From contig JACQJH010000001.1 in NCBI GenBank assembly GCA_016205145.1, positions 390,001-422,000 on the forward strand: a stretch of 32,000 nt of DNA, in the 5' to 3' direction. The position numbers were made by a program, and so were the translations under genes. Shown here in pieces: positions 7,352-16,049 of the stretch. Source of the stretch: Candidatus Iainarchaeum sp. (lineage in GTDB: Archaea > Iainarchaeota > Iainarchaeia > Iainarchaeales > JACQJH01). The notes below the pieces were generated by a model, which had not been told where the DNA came from, did no database searches, and saw only the letters and a program-made list of their open reading frames with translations. Every line of letters begins with the position of its first letter. Positions within the stretch are counted from its first letter, which is position 1.

Positions 7352-8887
7352 ATGATTAATCCAAAGCTTTTTTTAGCTATGCAAAGTAAAGCTCTTCTGG
7401 TGCAGTCCGAAAAGTTACTGTTGAAAATCTTTGCGGCCGTTGCGGCTCTTGCCGTAATCGTCAGGCTGTTTTCGATCGCAATCGTTCCCGTTGCGGCTTA
7501 CAGCGATTCCGTTTTCCATTTGCAGCTGGCGCAGGCGATTGTTGCGGGAGCAGGCATAGACCAGGGCCTCGGTTTTCCACCGCCGTTCTTCCACGTCTTT
7601 GCCGCGGTCTTTTCGGTTGTTTCGGGTTTCAGCCTGAACTCGGAGGCGGTGAGGGTTATACCGCTTGTTTTCTCGCTTGCCTTCCTTCTTTCCGCTTTCG
7701 TTTTTTTCAGGCGCTTTTTTTCCTCTAAGCCATTGCTTTGCCTTGCGGCTTTTTCCTTTGTCGCAGCCCAGCCTTTGCTGGTGCGTTACGGTTCCATAAA
7801 CTATGTCGACGGGCCGGCCGCAATGTTCGTTCTGCTCTCGTTCTTTTTCCTTTTCGAATTCCAGAAAACCGGTTCCAAAAGTTTTTTGGCAATGCTTTTG
7901 CTTTCGTCCGTTGCATTGGCGGTGACGAAGCTTAACTCGGCTGTAATCCTGCCGGCGATTGTCATGGGCCTCGCATGGGCTGCATTTTCACGAAAGCGTG
8001 GCTTGGCTTCGCTTGCGGTTTTCGTTGTTCTGCTTGCATTTTTTTCCTCGGCCTGGTTTGCCCTGAATTTCGCAGAGACCGGCTCGTTTGACCCGCAGTT
8101 GCAGCGCAACATCGACCTCGCCGAACAGGGAACCATTGTGAGGGCGAACGCGTTCGAGCGCATTCTTTCATTGCCTGCTTTCCTCTGGGATTTTGTGCAG
8201 CCTGACGCGTTCGCAAGGCTCCCTTTTCCAGGCGCGACTTATGGAATGGCGTTTGCGTTGTTTTCTCTGCTTGCCCTTGCGTCGCTTTTGTTCATCGCTT
8301 TCGGTTTTTCCGGTCTTTTCCGCATGAAAAATGCGCTTTTCCTGCCGCTGCTTGCAGCGTTGGTGCTTGCAATTGTTCCGCTCGCCGGCCGCAACTTTGA
8401 CGCGCGCATCGCGATTCCCTTCCTGCCGCTGCTTGCCTTGCCTTTCGGTTTCGCGTTTGAAAAATTTTCAAGGCAAAAGGCCTTGCCTTTTTTTGCGCTC
8501 GCATTCGCCTTGCTTTCATTGTATGGCGTGGCTTATGCCGGCGCCACTTCGGTTTATTTCAAACAGGCGTATGATTCGGAAATGCCCGCGTATTCCTTCA
8601 TGAAAGGCCTGCCGGATGATGCCAAGGTTTATTCGTGGAACAGGCACCGCGCAGTCATGTTTTATTCGGGCAAAAACTCGGACTTCGACCTTGACAATGT
8701 CAACGAGAATGACCCGGAAGCGGTTTTTGCAGTGCTTTCCGGAAAAGGCTATTCGCACCTGTTCATCAGCTGTAATGAGCGCGCGTTTCCAGACCTAACC
8801 ATTTCGGCGCTGTCCGGCGGCGGCAAAATGGGCATTGTTTTCAGTGACGGATGTTCCAGAATATTTAAGATAAACTACGGGACATGA
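7352..8887 (+). CDS. polytopic membrane protein, probable GT-C fold glycosyltransferase (ArnT/PMT-like) with a C-terminal soluble domain
   Basis: More than 10 hydrophobic segments are followed by a soluble tail of about 110 aa. The first loop (AAYSDSVFHLQLAQAIVAGAGID) resembles PMT_2/ArnT-type proteins. The track ORF starts at 7079 but overlaps the phosphodiesterase gene. In-frame ATGs occur at 7352 and 7379. Confidence 0.55.
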   Translation: MINPKLFLAMQSKALLVQSEKLLLKIFAAVAALAVIVRLFSIAIVPVAAYSDSVFHLQLAQAIVAGAGIDQGLGFPPPFFHVFAAVFSVVSGFSLNSEAVRVIPLVFSLAFLLSAFVFFRRFFSSKPLLCLAAFSFVAAQPLLVRYGSINYVDGPAAMFVLLSFFFLFEFQKTGSKSFLAMLLLSSVALAVTKLNSAVILPAIVMGLAWAAFSRKRGLASLAVFVVLLAFFSSAWFALNFAETGSFDPQLQRNIDLAEQGTIVRANAFERILSLPAFLWDFVQPDAFARLPFPGATYGMAFALFSLLALASLLFIAFGFSGLFRMKNALFLPLLAALVLAIVPLAGRNFDARIAIPFLPLLALPFGFAFEKFSRQKALPFFALAFALLSLYGVAYAGATSVYFKQAYDSEMPAYSFMKGLPDDAKVYSWNRHRAVMFYSGKNSDFDLDNVNENDPEAVFAVLSGKGYSHLFISCNERAFPDLTISALSGGGKMGIVFSDGCSRIFKINYGT

Positions 8888-8917
8888 TTCTTAAAAGGAA
8901 AAATTTGGGGTTTGCGC

Positions 8918-9874
8918 ATGGACAAAAAGACGATTTTTTTGTACGCTGTCGGCCTGCTGTCATTGGCCGCGGTTTTTTCGGTTTTCAACGTCGACCTGAA
9001 GGTTTTTTTCTCAGTGAAGCCCGAATGGCTGGCTTTGCCGATACTGATTTCTGTGCTGCTTGTCGTTGTTTACGCGTGGCGCACGAAATTCCTGCTGCTT
9101 GCATTGGGCCACAAGGCGTTTTCGTTTGCCGACCTGGTGAAAATAGAGTTCGTGAACAAGCTTGTGCTGCAGACCGCGCCCGCAAAGCTGAACATTCCCG
9201 CGAAGGCGATAATGCTTGTCAAAAAATGCGGCATCCCGAGGAATGACGCGCTGTCGGTTTCGGCTTTCGAGCATTTTTTGGACCTGTTTGTCCTCCTGGC
9301 GCTGGGAGTCTTCGGTTTTTTTGTTTTTGCGCCGATTTCCTCGCATTACTCTGCCAACATCGGCATTGCCACGGCGGCACTTGTTTTTGTTTCAATGGGC
9401 TTTTTTGTTTTGCCTGCGGGGTTTTATGATTTTTTGACAGCCAAAACGGATTTCCTGCGCAAGCGCAGGTTTTTGGGCCTTGCCAACATTGCTTTGGTTT
9501 ACATCAGGGAAATGCGGCGCGCATGGCTTGACCTGGTTTTGCACAGGCACATGTTTATTGTGATTCCGATTGTGCTGGCTTACATTGCCCTGAACGCCAT
9601 CGCAATAAAGCTGCTTTTCCTTTCAATAGGCCACAACATCGCCTTCGGTTATATTGTGGCGGCTTTCGCGATAACGCGGCTTTTCAGCGGCATTTCTAAC
9701 ATTCCGGGCGGATTCGGCATAAGGGAGGCATCGTTCGTCATACTGTTCGGCTTTGTCGGCATTCCATCCGACGCGTCCTTTTTTGTAGCAATCGCATGGC
9801 GTGCAATTGGAACACTGCCGTTGCTTTTGTCTTATCCGATAATGCTTGAAATGGGCCTCAAGAAATTCGATTAG
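8918..9874 (+). CDS. flippase-like membrane protein (UPF0104 / lysyl-phosphatidylglycerol-synthase TM-region family)
   Basis: It has about 8 TM segments and the characteristic C-terminal motif IPGGFGIREASFVILFG. ATG is at 8918; the track uses TTG 8912. Confidence 0.7.
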   Translation: MDKKTIFLYAVGLLSLAAVFSVFNVDLKVFFSVKPEWLALPILISVLLVVVYAWRTKFLLLALGHKAFSFADLVKIEFVNKLVLQTAPAKLNIPAKAIMLVKKCGIPRNDALSVSAFEHFLDLFVLLALGVFGFFVFAPISSHYSANIGIATAALVFVSMGFFVLPAGFYDFLTAKTDFLRKRRFLGLANIALVYIREMRRAWLDLVLHRHMFIVIPIVLAYIALNAIAIKLLFLSIGHNIAFGYIVAAFAITRLFSGISNIPGGFGIREASFVILFGFVGIPSDASFFVAIAWRAIGTLPLLLSYPIMLEMGLKKFD

Positions 9875-11015
9875 GCCGTTGCGGGTGCTTTTTCTTTGCA
9901 ATGGCGGCGTAAACGGCAACTGTTTCTTTTGCCTTGATTTTCCACGAATTTTTTTTCGCGCGCCTTTTGCCTTCCGCGCCGAGCCTTTGCGCAAGCTTTT
10001 TGTCTTTGAGGGCCTTGATGACCAGTGATGCGAACCCTTCAATGTCATCCGGCTTTGCAAGCAACGCCGAATCTCCGAGAATTTTGCGCACTTCCGCAAA
10101 GTCAAAGCTCACGGTCGGCCTGCCGGCGGCCATGTATTCGAACAGCTTGACCGGGCACCACCAGAAGCCCAGCTGTTTCATCTGCGGGAAATTATTCAAT
10201 GAAAACGGCGCAATGCAGACATCGGCCGCTGAAAGCAGACGCGGAATTTTTTCATGCGCAACGCCTTTCATGAAGACAAAATTTTTTTGCAGGCCTTTCA
10301 TTTCAACCGCTTGGAGGGTTTTTTCACGTTCCCTTCCGTCGCCAGCCATCACAAAAACAGTTCCGGGGCATTCAGCAAGGACTTTTTCCGCTATTTCCGG
10401 CACGATGCCTGCTCCGTGCCATTCCCTGAAAGAGCCGGCGAATGCGACAATGTTTTTTGCGCGCCGGCCGATTTTTTTCCTCTCGCCTGCGGCCTTGCTT
10501 TTCGGAACCGCGAAGTCTTCCGGCTCGACGCCGTTTGAAACCACGAAAACCTGTTTTTTTGCCTGCTTTTGAAGGATTTTTTTCAGAGTTCCGGTCTGCG
10601 TGATGATGGCGTCGGCGGAATCCAGCTTTGCCGCAATCATCGGCGCGAACACGATCCTTTTCACGCCATTCCACGTTTCAATGCCAGGATCGTTGACTTC
10701 TAGCACGTGCACGGCTCCGGAGCCTTTTGTAAGAAGAAGCGTCTGCGGGTTCACAGAATAGCGTTCGTGTATGACATCGAAGCCCTGCAGAAATTTTTTG
10801 AGCTGCCGCAATTGCGCAATTCTTTTCAAGGGATTTTTGTGCAGGCGCAATTCGTGCACTTTGACTTTGTTGAGCGCGGTTTTTTTCCCGGCCTGCGTGA
10901 AAAGCTCGACTTCATTGCCTGCCGTGGAGAGCGCCTCGCACATTTTTGCGGAATGCGTGAAGCCCGCGTCTCTTCCGCCCAGACTTTCCGAGAGCGCAAG
11001 ATAGGCTATTCTCAT
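9858..11015 (-). CDS. glycosyltransferase, GT4 family (GT-B fold)
   Basis: It begins MRIAYLALSESLGGRDAGFTHS, and its C-terminal domain has a GT-B-type EX7E-like region (VKLFEYMAAGRPTV). It overlaps the upstream GT4 gene by 4 nt (ATGA). Confidence 0.85.
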   Translation of the reverse strand: MRIAYLALSESLGGRDAGFTHSAKMCEALSTAGNEVELFTQAGKKTALNKVKVHELRLHKNPLKRIAQLRQLKKFLQGFDVIHERYSVNPQTLLLTKGSGAVHVLEVNDPGIETWNGVKRIVFAPMIAAKLDSADAIITQTGTLKKILQKQAKKQVFVVSNGVEPEDFAVPKSKAAGERKKIGRRAKNIVAFAGSFREWHGAGIVPEIAEKVLAECPGTVFVMAGDGREREKTLQAVEMKGLQKNFVFMKGVAHEKIPRLLSAADVCIAPFSLNNFPQMKQLGFWWCPVKLFEYMAAGRPTVSFDFAEVRKILGDSALLAKPDDIEGFASLVIKALKDKKLAQRLGAEGKRRAKKNSWKIKAKETVAVYAAIAKKKHPQRPNRIS

Positions 11016-12136
11016 TCCGCCACTTCCGAATAAAGTTTCACAAGTTTGCCGATGTTTTTTTCTATTGAGTATTCTTGCGCCTTTTTTTCCGCGTTTTTCA
11101 CGATTTTTTGCTTTTCCATTGCGGGCTTGCGCGCAATTTCAGAGATTTTCCGCGCGGTTTTTTTTGCGTCCGAAAAATCCGCGATGAAACCGCTTTTCCC
11201 GTCTTCAACGATTTTTTCAAAGCTCGGAATCCTGTTGACTATAGGAATGCAGCCTGCCGCCATCGCCTCGGCAAGGGAAATGCCGAAGCCCTCGTATTCG
11301 GAGGCGGAAACGAAGAATTCTGATTTGCCGAGCCTTTGCAGCAGCTCTTTTTCGGAGAGGCTTCCGTCGAAGAAAACGTTTTTTTCAAGGCCGGCTTCAA
11401 CCGCCTGCCTGGCCAGCTTTTCCTGCAGGTCATCGAAATCGCCGCCGCACACGTGCAGGCTCAGGCCGGGAAGGCTTTTTTTTGCCTCGGCAAACGCTTC
11501 AAGCAGCCTGTCGACGCGCTTGTTTTTGGAGAGCCTGCCCACGAAAACGAAAGAGTTTTTCCTTTTCCGGCCGCTGAGCGCGAAAAACTTTTCAAGGCTC
11601 ACGCTGTTTTCGAGCAGGCGGATTTTTTTTGCGGGCACGATTTTTGAGAAAAGCCTTTCGTCGTTTTCGCTTACCGCAATGATTCTGCCGGCGCGCTTCA
11701 GCAGGATTTTCTGGAACGCGTTGAAATAAACCTTTTTTGCAATGCCCATGCTTTTGGTGTGGAATATGCCGCCGTGCGTTGAAACAACGACCGGCTTTTT
11801 GTGCAACGGCTTTGACAGCAATGCGAAATCCGAGAAGAAGCCGAGGCCGTGCACGTGCAAAATATCCGGGTTTTCCCTTTTGATTGCCTTGAGCAGGCCG
11901 AAAGCCGGCTTGTAGTATTTTAGGTCCGCAAACCCGAGCCTGATTATTTTTGTCCTGCCAAGCGTTTCCTCCGCTTTCAGTTTTTTCTTTTCTTTCGGGC
12001 ACCTGTTGAGGCAGGCCACAACGCATTCAATGCCGTTTTCCGCGAGCGCATTACATGTGTCCAGAACAACTTTTTCCACGCCGCCCGTGCAGGGCCAGAA
12101 ATGGTGCGTCAAATGCATTATTTTGAGCTTTTTCAT
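11012..12136 (-). CDS. glycosyltransferase, GT4 family
   Basis: It begins MKKLKIMHLTHHFWPCTGGVEKVV and has SEYEGFGISLAEAMAAGCIPIV, the EX7E motif of retaining GT-B enzymes. Confidence 0.85.
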   Translation of the reverse strand: MKKLKIMHLTHHFWPCTGGVEKVVLDTCNALAENGIECVVACLNRCPKEKKKLKAEETLGRTKIIRLGFADLKYYKPAFGLLKAIKRENPDILHVHGLGFFSDFALLSKPLHKKPVVVSTHGGIFHTKSMGIAKKVYFNAFQKILLKRAGRIIAVSENDERLFSKIVPAKKIRLLENSVSLEKFFALSGRKRKNSFVFVGRLSKNKRVDRLLEAFAEAKKSLPGLSLHVCGGDFDDLQEKLARQAVEAGLEKNVFFDGSLSEKELLQRLGKSEFFVSASEYEGFGISLAEAMAAGCIPIVNRIPSFEKIVEDGKSGFIADFSDAKKTARKISEIARKPAMEKQKIVKNAEKKAQEYSIEKNIGKLVKLYSEVAE

Positions 12137-12145
12137 GTGGCAGCC

Positions 12146-13159
12146 TCATGTCGGGCGCTTTAGCACCAGCCCGTAAAATCCGTAAAGCAGTCCAAGCGAG
12201 AAGACTATGCTGCGCAATGCGAGAAGGAACGGCGTGAGCACGCCAAGCATTGGATCCTTCGCCATCACTTTGCCCGTGAGCTTGACGCACGCCAGCAGGA
12301 ACGCCAATGCAAGAACAATCGAGAATTGTACCAACAGTTTTGCTTCCGCGCGAAACCCGAACGCCATCGCTAAAAAGAGCAATGCCAGCGCCGGAAAAGC
12401 CGCATATGCTATGATGATCTGCGCTTTCAGGCTCTGCCGCGTGTAGGAATCTTTCACCATCTTGATCCTGTGCTTCTTGTAAAGCAATATCCGCCAGTAG
12501 GCGCGGAAAAACTTTGTTTTCAGGTAATCTTTCAGGGTTTCCGGGTGTTTGTGGTAGACAACTGCCTTTGGCGCGAACACAAGCCTTTTGCCGAAAGAGG
12601 CGAGGCCGTATGAAAGGTCGGTGTCCTCGCCGGAGGATGTCCTGAACTCCTCGTTGAAGCCGCCGAATTCCAAAAAGATTTTTTTCCTGTACGCCGCGGA
12701 ATAGCTGCCAATGAAGTCAATGCTTTCCTTTTTAGCCATGAGGTCGTAGCGGTCCTCTATTTCAAGTTGCGTGAACCTCGCCATCAGGCTTTTCTGCCTT
12801 GTCCTGTACCTGCCCTGCACTCCCGCCACGCCCGGGTTGGAAAAGGGCTTCAGCATTTCATCGAGCCAGTTTTTTTCGGCAACGCAGTCAGCATCGACAA
12901 AAACCAGCACTTCCCCTTTCGCGTTCCTTGCGCCCATGTTTCTGGCAGCAGCCGGGCCGCGGTGCCTTTGCTCCAGGATGCGGACATTTTTTCCCAACGA
13001 TTTGGCAATTTCGATTGTCCTGTCCGTGCTCCCGTCGTCGGCGAGGATGACTTCAAAGCTTTTGCCGGTTTCCTGGCCAAGCAATGATTGAAGGCATTCC
13101 GCAATGCTTTTTTCCTCGTTGCATGCCGGCACTATGACGCTTGCGTCCATGGGAAACAT
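12146..13159 (-). CDS. membrane-anchored glycosyltransferase, GT2 family
   Basis: The GT-A signature is VIVPACNEEKSIAECLQSLLGQ..EVILADDGSTDRT..VFVDADC. Three to four C-terminal TM helices follow. Confidence 0.85.
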   Translation of the reverse strand: MFPMDASVIVPACNEEKSIAECLQSLLGQETGKSFEVILADDGSTDRTIEIAKSLGKNVRILEQRHRGPAAARNMGARNAKGEVLVFVDADCVAEKNWLDEMLKPFSNPGVAGVQGRYRTRQKSLMARFTQLEIEDRYDLMAKKESIDFIGSYSAAYRKKIFLEFGGFNEEFRTSSGEDTDLSYGLASFGKRLVFAPKAVVYHKHPETLKDYLKTKFFRAYWRILLYKKHRIKMVKDSYTRQSLKAQIIIAYAAFPALALLFLAMAFGFRAEAKLLVQFSIVLALAFLLACVKLTGKVMAKDPMLGVLTPFLLALRSIVFSLGLLYGFYGLVLKRPT

Positions 13160-13260
13160 TTAGGCATTTGCTTGTTTTAAATTGTATTTGTTTTCCGTTC
13201 CCGGCGTTGGTACAATTTCCGCTTTTACGTGTTTTTGGGCACTGCTGGCAAAAAATCAGG

Positions 13261-14772
13261 TCAGATGTTGTGCGCCTTTTCGAACATGCCTTCCGGCAGG
13301 GTCGTATCCCTGTTCAACAGATACTTGAAGAACGTCTGCCCGGACTTGAATAGCCTGGGGAATTCCTTCGGGTGCGTGATGCCCTGGATTATTTTTCGCG
13401 CAATGTAAGTTGGCCTCAAATAAAATTCCCTTCTCGCCTCGTCGCACGCCTTGACAAGCTCTTTCGCGCTCAATGCGGGCGTCGAAACGATCGTATTGTG
13501 CGAGCCGTCAGGCAAAAGCCATTCGTTCCAGTTTGTCGTGGTCAGGTAGCCGTTGTTCTTGGCCCACTCGTATGCTTCAGTTCCGGGATAAACCATGAGC
13601 GGGAAAAACTGCGCAGTATCGGGGTCCAGTTCTTTTGCGAACTGCACGGTCTTTTTGATTGTCTCCTTTGTCTCGCCGTGGTTGCCCATCATGAAGCAGC
13701 CGTGAACCAGGATGCCAGCCTTTTTCGAGTCCTTGACGAACTGCCTGATCTTCGGCACGACGGTGCCCTTCTTGATGTTGTTGAGTATCTGCTGTTCCGC
13801 GCTTTCAAAGCCCACGCACATGAGCCTGCATCCGGCTTTCTTCATCCAGTCAAGGGTTTCGAAATCGACATCCGCCCTCGAATTGCAGGTCCACGTCACT
13901 TTCAGGCCCCTGTTTACGATTTCCATGCACACTTCCTTTGTCCTCTGCGTGTCCTGCGTCAGGGTGTCGTCCTCGATCATTACGTCCTTTACCTGGGGCA
14001 GATTCTTTGTTATCCATTCGAGCTCGTCGACAAAGTTTTTCGGGCTCCTTGCCCTGTAATTGTGGCCTGTGAGTGTTTGCGGCCACTTGCAGAAAGTGCA
14101 CCTGTACTTGCAGCCCCTGCCGCTGACAATCGTCACTTCAGGGAAGAGCACTGAAGGGTAAAAATAATCCTCGATTTTCAAAAAGCGTTTGTAAATTTCG
14201 CTGACGAACGGCAGTCCGTCCAATTCTTCCGGCGTCATTTCCGGCATCGGCGCGTTGAGCCGGAATTCGCCTTTCTCCATGAATCCTATGCCCTTCACTG
14301 TTTTCCATTCCCCGGATTCCTTTCCGCCGTTTTCAAGCGCCCCCGCGATTTCGCGCGTGATGATGTCGAATTCGTTGGTTGAAACCGCGTCGATTGCCTT
14401 GCACGCCATCAGCGATTCTTTCGGCATGGCTGAAGTGTGCGTTCCCACCATGAGGATGAACGAGTCCGGGAATTCTTCGCGCATTTTTTCCGCCACTTTC
14501 GCGTCGTTGAAGAACGAGGCAGTGACCGTTTCAATGACAATCATGTTCGGCCTGAATTCCTTTGCGGCCGTGAGCACCTCTTCCGGCGATGTCGGCTTTG
14601 CGGGCGCGTCAATCAGCAGATAGTCTGTGCCGGCTTTTTCCAGAACGCAGGCAGTGTAACCGAGCCAGATGGGATAATAGACGCAGCCGCCCTTTGAGAC
14701 CGCGGGGCTGCGGCTGTCCTTGGAAAATTTCGGAAAGAACGGCGGGTTCAGCAAAAGCACTCTGGTTTTCAT
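13261..14772 (-). CDS. B12-binding-domain radical SAM enzyme (class B type)
   Basis: The N-terminal Rossmann-like cobalamin-binding region is VLLLNPPFF..YPIWLGYTACVLEKAG..MIVIETVT. The radical SAM cluster motif CKYRCTFC (CX3CX2C) lies at nt 14089-14112, which I verified by reverse-complementing the sequence. Confidence 0.85.
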   Translation of the reverse strand: MKTRVLLLNPPFFPKFSKDSRSPAVSKGGCVYYPIWLGYTACVLEKAGTDYLLIDAPAKPTSPEEVLTAAKEFRPNMIVIETVTASFFNDAKVAEKMREEFPDSFILMVGTHTSAMPKESLMACKAIDAVSTNEFDIITREIAGALENGGKESGEWKTVKGIGFMEKGEFRLNAPMPEMTPEELDGLPFVSEIYKRFLKIEDYFYPSVLFPEVTIVSGRGCKYRCTFCKWPQTLTGHNYRARSPKNFVDELEWITKNLPQVKDVMIEDDTLTQDTQRTKEVCMEIVNRGLKVTWTCNSRADVDFETLDWMKKAGCRLMCVGFESAEQQILNNIKKGTVVPKIRQFVKDSKKAGILVHGCFMMGNHGETKETIKKTVQFAKELDPDTAQFFPLMVYPGTEAYEWAKNNGYLTTTNWNEWLLPDGSHNTIVSTPALSAKELVKACDEARREFYLRPTYIARKIIQGITHPKEFPRLFKSGQTFFKYLLNRDTTLPEGMFEKAHNI

Positions 14773-14894
14773 CGCATCAGCCTTGACGGTAAATAATCAT
14801 GCTTTCTTTTTAACTGTTTTCTGGTGCAAAACCCAAATAAAATATGAAGCACAATTCATATAAAAGGTTTTGTCTTCCGTCTGCGGCTCATGGC

Positions 14895-15638
14895 TTATTG
14901 GCCTTTTCCGGCAAGCCTTTTTGTTTCAAGGTTCGCGTTCAATAAGTCCTCGAAGTCGCCGGCGTCAAGCCACTTGCCTTTAAGCCTGCTCGCCTTCAGG
15001 GTTCCCTTTTTCAGGAACTCGTTGTTTACCTCGGTTATTTCGGTTTCGCCGCGCGCCGAGGGCCTGAGTTTTCTTATCACGTCAAACACGCTGGGCGAGA
15101 ACATGTAAATGCCGATTGATATGAGCCTGCTTGGCGGCTCTTTCGGCTTTTCCACGAGCTTCACAACCTTGTCACCGTCCAGAACCGCGACGCCGGACTT
15201 GCGCGCTTCCTCAACCGTTCCCTCGAACAGCATTATGCGCGCCTCTTCCCTGCCTTTCTCGAATTCCCCGGCAAACTGCTTCAGCGGCTCGAAAATGATG
15301 TTGTCGCCGTTGATGGAAATGAACCTGTCCTTTCCGACGAAATCTTCCGCCAATGATATTGCGCTTGGAATGCCCCCCGCTTCATCCTGCACCCTGTAAG
15401 TGAACTTGACGCCGAAATCCTTTCCGCTTCCAAGCAAACCGAAAATGTCGCCGGCGTGGTTCGTCCCGGTTACGACCATTATGTCTTTTATGCCCGCGCT
15501 CTTCAGCGCTTCAATCGGATAATAAATCATGGGCTTGTCGTAAATTGGCAGCAAGTGCTTGTTGGTTACAAGCGTCAGGGGCCGCAGCCTGCTGCCCGTT
15601 CCTCCCGCCAGAATCACGCCTTTCAAAGCCATGTGCAA
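14895..15638 (-). CDS. sugar-1-phosphate nucleotidyltransferase, RmlA-like (glucose-1-phosphate thymidylyltransferase, short form)
   Basis: It has KGVILAGGTGSRLRPLTLVTNKHLLPIYDKPMIYYPIEAL, the G-x-G-x-R-L-x-P-L-T signature. An alternative ATG is at 15632. Confidence 0.85.
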   Translation of the reverse strand: MHMALKGVILAGGTGSRLRPLTLVTNKHLLPIYDKPMIYYPIEALKSAGIKDIMVVTGTNHAGDIFGLLGSGKDFGVKFTYRVQDEAGGIPSAISLAEDFVGKDRFISINGDNIIFEPLKQFAGEFEKGREEARIMLFEGTVEEARKSGVAVLDGDKVVKLVEKPKEPPSRLISIGIYMFSPSVFDVIRKLRPSARGETEITEVNNEFLKKGTLKASRLKGKWLDAGDFEDLLNANLETKRLAGKGQ

Positions 15639-16049
15639 AACCGCCTGCCATTTTATGCTTTTTTTGTCGTGCAGAGGAATATTGCAATAGCAATATCCGC
15701 CGTCGTTCCACGCAGCCGAAACCGCGTTTAATGATGTTTGCAGGCAAAAACTATTTTAAGAGATTTGCATTTGGTACAAAAACAGAATCAAGCAGCCTAT
15801 GAGAAAAAAAGATTACTCGGCATTCTGCAAACGCAGAATGCCTTAGTTTCGGTACACGCGCTCGAAAGCGCGTTTTAGCAGCAACCGTCGCCAACCATTT
15901 TGTCTCCCCCCAAAATAATTCCGGCGCGGCGGTTTAAATTCGTTGGCTTTAACACTTCAAAAAAAAATTGAAAGTGCCGGGGCTTTGCCTTGAACGCCGG
16001 AAAGCCGCGAACGTAGATTTTTTTAAAAGCGCGCAATAGAATTCTTGTC

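Noticed and set aside
9858-9874. 17-bp overlap between the 3' ends of the convergent flippase-like and GT4 genes
   Set aside because: The overlap is real, but this is common in compact prokaryotic genomes and there is no evidence of special function.
13372-14154. 260-aa plus-strand ORF antisense to the radical SAM gene. Similar long antisense ORFs occur at 9934-10572, 11046-11729, 17514-18215, 19508-20026, 25490-26173, 26533-27174, 27259-27783, 28483-29073 and 29266-29781
   Set aside because: All of them lie opposite genes with clear family motifs and show Arg/Ser/Pro/Phe-rich shadow-frame composition. They are typical artefacts of GC-moderate coding DNA.
15712-15800. Possible C/D-box sRNA (AATGATGT near 15739)
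   Set aside because: The C box is imperfect, and no CTGA D box lies at a suitable distance.
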